A stretch of 64,000 nt of DNA from an uncultured Algoriphagus sp. (GTDB lineage Bacteria; Bacteroidota; Bacteroidia; Cytophagales; Cyclobacteriaceae). Of the stretch, positions 58,509 through 64,000 are shown piece after piece. Below the pieces are notes generated by a model. That model was given only the letters and a program-made list of their open reading frames with translations, was not told the DNA's origin and did not search any database. The stretch lies in the NCBI GenBank assembly GCA_965659625.1, contig CBFHWO010000006.1, positions 24,587-88,586 of the forward strand. The letters run 5' to 3'. Each line of letters starts with the position of its first letter. The first letter of the stretch is position 1. The position numbers and the translations under genes are program-made.

Positions 58509-58656
58509 GAAACATTCGAAAAAGAAAGTCCGAGTATAGGAATTCCAAGAAAGGTACTTTAGGTATAAGATTTATTTTTAAGTTTAATTTTCATAAAAGA
58601 GGTTATGAGTAAAATATTAGTGTATTTGCTTGTTAACTATTTAATAAATTAGAGGC

Positions 58657-59802
58657 ATGAAATCCTTATATTTTTTGACGATTTTAACCATTTTTCTTTT
58701 TCATGGTTGCAATTCTCCTGTTTTGGAGACTAATGAATTAAAATCCCTGAAAATAGACTTTGATAAGGAATTATCATCGGTTCATTTATTAGAATTGGTG
58801 GACCCTGAAATAGAAATAATTCCCTTATCCAACTATGAAAATGATTCGTCAATAGTTTACCTCAAAGAAATCGATAGGATTTATCAGCATCAAGACAAGT
58901 TTTACATTTTTGATATGGTATCAGGTGGAAAAGTGATGGTGTTTGATCAGACAGGTAGTTTCATAAGATCAATTGGACATAGGGGAGAAGGTCCGGGAGG
59001 ATTAATTCAACCAATGGATTTTAGGCTGGAGGGAGATGAGATTTTAGTGCTTGATTTTGGAAAAGTATTGACATTTGATTTAGAAGGAAATTTTATAGAA
59101 TCCCAAAAACTTAATTCTTTTTCAGGGCATAAATTTGCGAAAACTGATAAAGGTTATGCATTTATTGGGGCTGGAAGAGATACTGACAATTTACTACTTA
59201 CTGATGATCAATTTCGCTTAGATACCTCCTATTTTCCCTATCATACAAGAGCATTAAATCCAATTTTGCTTAATTCTCTATATGTCAACCCGGAAGGGAA
59301 ATTGATTTATAGAAGAAACTATCATGATACACTTTATCAAGTTCAAGATCTTTTCAAACCAGTTCCATATTTATACATAGATTTTAGTGAACATAAATCA
59401 AATATTCAGTCTCTATTAAGTTCTCCTGATTTAGAGAATTTATTATTGGCTAAAGGGAGTAAATCCTGTAATATTTTATATTTCTATGAGACGGAAAAAT
59501 ACCAATATTTAGCTTTTACTTTAAGAAATGAAAAGTGGATTTATATACACTCAAATAAATCTGACAAATCTGTTCTTCTTAAAAATTCCAACCTTATCGA
59601 TGAGGTTACTTATAACCCTTCTTCTTATCCAATTGGAGTGGTTGGTGATAGATTTATTTTCAGAGGAAGCCCAGCAAAAATCTTAGAAATTCTGGAAGAG
59701 GAAAATGAAGATTTATTCTTTTACCAAAAATTTCTTGCTTTGAAAAACAACTTTGATAGAGAGGGAAATCCAGTACTGTTCTTGATAAAATTTGATTTTT
59801 AA
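58657..59802 (+). CDS. 6-bladed beta-propeller (BF3164-like) lipoprotein
   Basis: It has a lipobox (LFHGCNS) and repeated beta-propeller-like segments (GEGPGGLIQP). It is markedly AT-rich, at about 30-32% GC in the sampled lines. The family call is from memory. Confidence 0.6.
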   Translation: MKSLYFLTILTIFLFHGCNSPVLETNELKSLKIDFDKELSSVHLLELVDPEIEIIPLSNYENDSSIVYLKEIDRIYQHQDKFYIFDMVSGGKVMVFDQTGSFIRSIGHRGEGPGGLIQPMDFRLEGDEILVLDFGKVLTFDLEGNFIESQKLNSFSGHKFAKTDKGYAFIGAGRDTDNLLLTDDQFRLDTSYFPYHTRALNPILLNSLYVNPEGKLIYRRNYHDTLYQVQDLFKPVPYLYIDFSEHKSNIQSLLSSPDLENLLLAKGSKSCNILYFYETEKYQYLAFTLRNEKWIYIHSNKSDKSVLLKNSNLIDEVTYNPSSYPIGVVGDRFIFRGSPAKILEILEEENEDLFFYQKFLALKNNFDREGNPVLFLIKFDF

Positions 59803-59912
59803 GCTGACAATGGCCTATAATCCATTAAAACCTTGGAATAGGTCTTACTTTTTGTTTTCTTGAAGTTAAACCCGGTAGCCAGTAACTTTTTTGATTATTT
59901 AAAATTACCTTA

Positions 59913-60005
59913 ATGAAATTGAGCATGACTCATAGCGTCCAACAGAGGGATGATTGTAATTCGAGATTCCATATGACCAAAAAAAATCAAATTATAAACG
60001 TATGA
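59913..60005 (+). repeat. Unit 3 of the ATGAAA-bounded ~90-nt repeat family; contains an intact 30-codon ORF (MKLSMTHSVQQRDDCNSRFHMTKKNQIINV)
   Basis: It shares the 5' box ATGAAATTGAGCATGACT, the 3' box CGAGATTCC.TATGACC and the tail CAAATTATAAAC with the units at 25101 and 25192. Its stop TGA at 60003-60005 overlaps the GH15 ATG at 60002-60004. Confidence 0.75.
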
Positions 60006-61786
60006 AAAAACATACCTATGGAAGTGGGTTGATTGGTAATTGTGCTTATATCGCCCATGTAGAGAAGGACACCAATATCAGCTGGCTTTGTCTTCCTAGA
60101 TTTGACTCAGATTTTATTTTCGGTGGCATGCTGGATCGCGAAAGAGGAGGTCAGTTTACGATCTTGCCAGAATCCAGCGATTTTGAAACCACTCAAGTCT
60201 ATAAGGAAAACACCAATATCCTGGAGACAACTGTGACTTATGGAGAGAACAACAGCTATAAGGTGACGGACTTTGCTCCAAGATTTAAGAATTTTGACCG
60301 ATACTATAAGCCATTGATGCTTATCCGAAAAATAGAAAGCCTAACTGGCTCACCTAGGATAAAGATAAAATGTGAACCAGTTTCTGATAATGGCAAGACC
60401 AAATTAATCCCAAGCCTAGGAAGTAATCATATTCGGTATACTGGAATTGATCAGGAATTGAGATTGACAACAAATGCTCCTATGAGCTATATTATGGATG
60501 ACAAAGCGTTTGCTTTTCACCGCCCTGTTTATTTGATTTTGACTTATGGCAGACCTTTGGAAGCTCCAATTGAGACAACTGCTGAAAAGTTTTTACATGA
60601 GACAACCTCTTATTGGCAGCAGTGGGTGAAGTCAACCAGTATTCCAAACTTTCATCAGAAGTTTGTTTTGAGGTCCGCTTTGATTCTTAAAATACATCAA
60701 TATGAGGATACTGGAGCCATTATCGCCGCATCGACCACCAGTTTGCCCGAGTCTCCAAATTCGACTAGAAATTGGGATTACCGATATTGCTGGATCCGGG
60801 ATACTTATTATACTTTGACTTGTTTCAATAGTCTTGGACACTTTGAGGAGCTGGAGAAGTACTTTGAGTTTATTCATAATCTAAATACTGGTGAAAATGG
60901 ACGCTATCAGCCATTGTATTCGATTACAGGAAACTCCCTTTTAACAGAAGAGATTTCTGATCTTGATGGGTATTTGGGAAATAAACCGGTTCGTTTTGGA
61001 AATCAAGCCTATACGCATATTCAGAATGACCTTTATGGTCAAGTACTCGTGTCACTTTTGCCTTTGTATTCTGATCAAAGATTTACAAAAGAAGAAAGAA
61101 GTCACTCCAGACCGATGATCATGAACTTGCTGAATAAAATCGAGTCAACCATGAACGAAAAAGATGCAGGGTTGTGGGAGTTCAGGAATCTTGCGCAAGA
61201 GCATTGCTATACCTTTTTATTTCATTGGGCTGGAGCAAGTGCAGCTGCAAAAATAGGGATCCGTTTAAAAAACGATGACATGTACCAAAAGGCAATCTAT
61301 CTAAGAGATGAGGCAGTTAAGAAGATAGAATCGTGTTATCTACCGGATAAGAAAGCCTATGGCCAAGCTGTTGGTTCATCGTTTATGGATGCTTCTACTC
61401 TTCAACTCATTACGATGGGTTATTTTGGCGATGACATAGAGCGAGCCAATGACCATTTGAAGGCTTTGGAAGATGAGCTTTTGGCAAAAGATTTTCTCTT
61501 CTACCGGTATAAGCATATGGATGATTTTGGAATACCGGAAACCACTTTTCTGATTTGTGCATTTTGGTATATTGAGGCTTTAGCTTGTGTAGAAAGGGTA
61601 GATGAAGCCATAGAAGGATTTGAAACTTTGATAAAATATTGCAATCATTTGGATCTATTCTCGGAAGATGTTGACCAAAAAACAGGAAGTCAATGGGGGA
61701 ATTTCCCACAGGCATATTCCCACGTTGGTCTGATGAATGCAGCTTACCGAATCGGAAAGAAACTGGATAGGCCAAATTTCTTATAA
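60002..61786 (+). CDS. Glycoside hydrolase family 15 protein (glucoamylase/trehalase-like)
   Basis: It has the N-terminus GLIGNCAYIAHV...ISWLCLPRFDS and the later motifs WDYRYCWIRD and FPQAYSHVGL. Confidence 0.88.
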   Translation: MKKHTYGSGLIGNCAYIAHVEKDTNISWLCLPRFDSDFIFGGMLDRERGGQFTILPESSDFETTQVYKENTNILETTVTYGENNSYKVTDFAPRFKNFDRYYKPLMLIRKIESLTGSPRIKIKCEPVSDNGKTKLIPSLGSNHIRYTGIDQELRLTTNAPMSYIMDDKAFAFHRPVYLILTYGRPLEAPIETTAEKFLHETTSYWQQWVKSTSIPNFHQKFVLRSALILKIHQYEDTGAIIAASTTSLPESPNSTRNWDYRYCWIRDTYYTLTCFNSLGHFEELEKYFEFIHNLNTGENGRYQPLYSITGNSLLTEEISDLDGYLGNKPVRFGNQAYTHIQNDLYGQVLVSLLPLYSDQRFTKEERSHSRPMIMNLLNKIESTMNEKDAGLWEFRNLAQEHCYTFLFHWAGASAAAKIGIRLKNDDMYQKAIYLRDEAVKKIESCYLPDKKAYGQAVGSSFMDASTLQLITMGYFGDDIERANDHLKALEDELLAKDFLFYRYKHMDDFGIPETTFLICAFWYIEALACVERVDEAIEGFETLIKYCNHLDLFSEDVDQKTGSQWGNFPQAYSHVGLMNAAYRIGKKLDRPNFL

Positions 61787-61789
61787 TAG

Positions 61790-61824
61790 AAAATCCCGCA
61801 AAATGTAAAGTTTTGCGGGATTTT
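61790..61824. terminator. Bidirectional rho-independent terminator
   Basis: A 14-bp stem pairs AAAATCCCGCAAAA with TTTTGCGGGATTTT. It lies between convergent genes. Confidence 0.85.
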
Positions 61825-61828
61825 CAGA

Positions 61829-62185
61829 TTACTTAAACTCTATCACGTGAGCCGAAGTAGTGACTTGCTTTTTCCAAACGATCAAGAAGAAAGAAGTTTT
61901 GGTTTCGAACGTCTCGTTGATCAAAGCCCTTGATTTTCCATTTAAATCGGCATTCAGGTACATGTCTTGTCGAGCAGCATTGTAAAGTGATTTCTTTCCT
62001 GTTCCTCCAATTCCAAAAACATAAATTGCTTCAGCTTTGCCGGTAACCTGATCTTTTACTACATAATTACTTTCCGAAAGGACTACATTGGTTTGATGTG
62101 CATTCAGGTTTCCTGTGTAAGAATTATGCAGCGCACAACTAGATAGCAGGAGAGATACAATTGCAAGTAGGAATAGATTTTTCAT
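61829..62185 (-). CDS. Small hypothetical lipoprotein (118 aa)
   Basis: It has a lipobox (LLLSSCA) and lies between a terminator and an AT-rich promoter region. Confidence 0.6.
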   Translation of the reverse strand: MKNLFLLAIVSLLLSSCALHNSYTGNLNAHQTNVVLSESNYVVKDQVTGKAEAIYVFGIGGTGKKSLYNAARQDMYLNADLNGKSRALINETFETKTSFFLIVWKKQVTTSAHVIEFK

Positions 62186-62195
62186 AATAGTGGAT

Positions 62196-62243
62196 TTAGT
62201 TTTATTCTTAAAAATAGATAGTTAGTTTTATTTCTAAAAATGA
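62196..62243. repeat. Two near-identical ~22-nt direct repeats in a divergent promoter region
   Basis: The repeats are TTAGTTTTATTCTTAAAAATAGA (62196-62218) and TTAGTTTTATTTCTAAAAATGA (62222-62243), giving a period of 26 nt. Confidence 0.6.
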
Positions 62244-62421
62244 TTTTTCAAAATAGAGGAAAACTTATTCTATGTACCTAAAAGCCAATTCAAAAAAAAT
62301 TTTGCTTTAGAAGCCTACTTTTAAAATTGATTATTCATTGGTGTAATCTTACTCGTTCATTTATCAATAACTATTGATATTAGCTCGTTGAATTAACAAA
62401 AAGTTAAGAGTTGCCTATATA

Positions 62422-63330
62422 ATGAGATCCGTGAAACCAGCTGAACAACGTGTAACTATCTTCTTCATAGGATTGATTTCCTTTTTATTGGTTTCCTGCG
62501 CATCTAATCCGTACAAGAAAATCAACAAAGAACACAGGAAAAATGTCAAAGAAATAGCTAAGACTTACAGGGAAATTCCACAAACCAAGGCTGAGTTAAA
62601 TTATGACACATTAAGTATCACGGATGAATGGGTGGGAACTACTAATTTCAGCATCAGAAGACCAAACTTTGTTATCATCCATCATACAGCGCAGGATTCA
62701 CTTGCTCAAACTATTTACACGTTTACAAAAAAAAGTACTCAGGTAAGTTCACACTATGTGATCGGGAGAGACGGAAGCATCGTGCAGATGCTAAATGATT
62801 ACCTTCGTTCTTGGCACGCCGGAAGAGGAAAATGGGGAAATGTGACTGACTTAAATTCCGTTTCCATTGGCATTGAGTTGGATAATAATGGTTTCGAACC
62901 ATTTCCTGAAGCACAAATAGAAAGCTTGTTGATTTTATGCAAGCGTTTGAAATGGAAATATGGAATTCCCGCAGCTAATTTTATAGGACATTCAGATATT
63001 GCTCCATCCAGAAAAGTTGACCCAAGTACTTTTTTCCCATGGAAATACTTGTCAGAAAAAGGGTATGGTTTATGGTATGATGAGGCTGCGGTTTTTCCTG
63101 AAATAAATCCTTTGGATGGAAAAAGTAACGTTCCTATTGAAAGCAAGGATGAATTGCCAAAAGACACGTTTGATCCGATAGTTGCTCTTCGAATTATAGG
63201 CTATGATGTGAGTATTCCTTCTCAGGCAATCCAATCTTTCAAGCTTCATTTTGTACAAAATGAAATTAATGGCGAACTCACAGATCTCGATATCAAAATT
63301 TTGAAAAATTTATATAAGAAATACCTGTAA
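62422..63330 (+). CDS. N-acetylmuramoyl-L-alanine amidase (Amidase_2 / AmpD-AmiD type) lipoprotein
   Basis: It has a lipobox (LLVSCAS) and the motifs IIHHTA, SSHYVIGRDG, WHAG and GHSDIAP.RK.DP. Confidence 0.85.
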   Translation: MRSVKPAEQRVTIFFIGLISFLLVSCASNPYKKINKEHRKNVKEIAKTYREIPQTKAELNYDTLSITDEWVGTTNFSIRRPNFVIIHHTAQDSLAQTIYTFTKKSTQVSSHYVIGRDGSIVQMLNDYLRSWHAGRGKWGNVTDLNSVSIGIELDNNGFEPFPEAQIESLLILCKRLKWKYGIPAANFIGHSDIAPSRKVDPSTFFPWKYLSEKGYGLWYDEAAVFPEINPLDGKSNVPIESKDELPKDTFDPIVALRIIGYDVSIPSQAIQSFKLHFVQNEINGELTDLDIKILKNLYKKYL

Positions 63331-63348
63331 GTAACCTACAGGTATTTC
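63318..63348. terminator. Bidirectional terminator hairpin overlapping the amidase stop codon
   Basis: A 12-bp stem pairs GAAATACCTGTA with TACAGGTATTTC. It lies between convergent genes. Confidence 0.75.
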
Positions 63349-63357
63349 TTGATTGAT

Positions 63358-64000
63358 CTAGGCCTCTGCCAACTTATGCAAAAGTTGTCTGACTTGTTTT
63401 ACCGATTTGATGTTATAATTCGCTTGGGTATACGCGTAGCCCACACGGATGGAATAAGCATTTTTTGGCATAGCCTTGAACGTATCTTCGTCAGTCCAGT
63501 CATCTCCAATTGCCAAGATAAAATCGAATTCATGTCCCTTCATCAGTGAATTGGAAGCTCTGCCTTTATTGATATCAGGGCGTTTGATTTCCAGAACCAT
63601 ATTGCCTTCTAAAACCTGCAAGTTATGCCCTCTTGCCATGTACTTTAGGTGGCTGAAAAGCTCACGCATTCTGAGGTCTCCCAATCCACTTTCCACTTTT
63701 CTATAGTGCCAAACCAGCGAATGATGTTTTTCTTCAATGAATGCTCCTGGAGTTCTTAATACATAATATTCCATGATGGAGCGAATATCATCTTTCCAAC
63801 TGTCATCCACTTCGGCATAGAGCTCCCAGTCTTCAGATTGATCTTTTCGGTGTACCCAAACTCCATGCTCTGCAATCATATCTATTTTCTGACCTTTAAA
63901 CCACTTTCCAAGGGTGTCCTTATCTCTGCCAGAAATGATGACAACTTGCGCCTTTCCACTCAGGTCTTTGATCAAATTCTCAAGCTCAGTATCCGGAACA
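63358..64000 (-). CDS. otsB: Trehalose-6-phosphate phosphatase (OtsB) domain, probably the C-terminal part of a bifunctional OtsA/OtsB protein (5' end beyond the window)
   Basis: It has HAD-IIB trehalose phosphatase motifs (IISGRD, LEIKP, AIGDDWTDEDTF). The frame stays open to the window edge, and a GH15 gene lies nearby, as in trehalose loci. Confidence 0.8.
   Translation of the reverse strand, partial: VPDTELENLIKDLSGKAQVVIISGRDKDTLGKWFKGQKIDMIAEHGVWVHRKDQSEDWELYAEVDDSWKDDIRSIMEYYVLRTPGAFIEEKHHSLVWHYRKVESGLGDLRMRELFSHLKYMARGHNLQVLEGNMVLEIKRPDINKGRASNSLMKGHEFDFILAIGDDWTDEDTFKAMPKNAYSIRVGYAYTQANYNIKSVKQVRQLLHKLAEA

Noticed and set aside
1-64000. A search by eye for defence systems, toxin-antitoxin pairs, integrases or transposases, prophage genes, RiPP or NRPS/PKS clusters, tRNA, rRNA or tmRNA, and riboswitches in the longer spacers.
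   Set aside because: No ORF has motifs of these classes. The spacers longer than 150 nt (21106-21335, 32112-32287, 35223-35402, 40553-40717, 62186-62421) are AT-rich promoter or terminator DNA without a conserved-looking structure. Only 28934-29357 and the ATGAAA-bounded units stood out.

Overview
The window looks like core chromosome from a Bacteroidota genome, probably Cytophagia- or Flavobacteriia-like. Spot counts of a few 60-nt lines give about 40% GC. Supporting marks are the gldA-gldF-gldG gliding genes, the DUF4290-murA pair, a TonB receptor followed by a DUF4249-type lipoprotein, many lipoprotein and TAT signals, and frequent ATGA stop/start overlaps.

Positions 1-14704 hold an intact dcw division and cell-wall cluster: rsmH-ftsL-ftsI-murE-mraY-murD-ftsW-murG-murC-ftsQ-ftsA-ftsZ. 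Next come housekeeping and metabolic genes: an FMN reductase, a purine nucleoside phosphorylase, two tandem exported M20 amidohydrolase paralogs, an SDR, a TlpA-like redoxin, gldAFG and dnaN. After that is a block of exported catabolic enzymes: an amidohydrolase, a TAT-exported Gfo/Idh/MocA oxidoreductase and TIM-barrel isomerase, two sulfatases, an S41 peptidase, a GH25 muramidase, an M20 peptidase, a GMC oxidoreductase with a TAT small subunit, a TAT NIF3-like protein and an IlvD/Edd dehydratase with an SDR. The window ends with murA, a uvrD-like helicase, an lpxL-like acyltransferase, ECF sigma/anti-sigma-gmk-nadD, a GH15 gene and the 3' part of an otsB-type gene.

I found no CRISPR array, rRNA, tRNA, transposase, prophage, toxin-antitoxin pair or recognisable defence island. 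The one candidate for something undescribed is a family of roughly 90-nt units. Each begins ATGAAA and each is an intact 28-31-codon ORF. Two sit in tandem exactly in the gldA/gldF junction and one sits directly in front of the GH15 gene. All are joined to their neighbours by ATGA stop/start overlaps, so deleting them restores an ordinary junction. A repeat-rich spacer downstream of dnaN also contains a decayed copy of the neighbouring gene's 3' end. All family names come from motifs read in the translations; no database search was possible.
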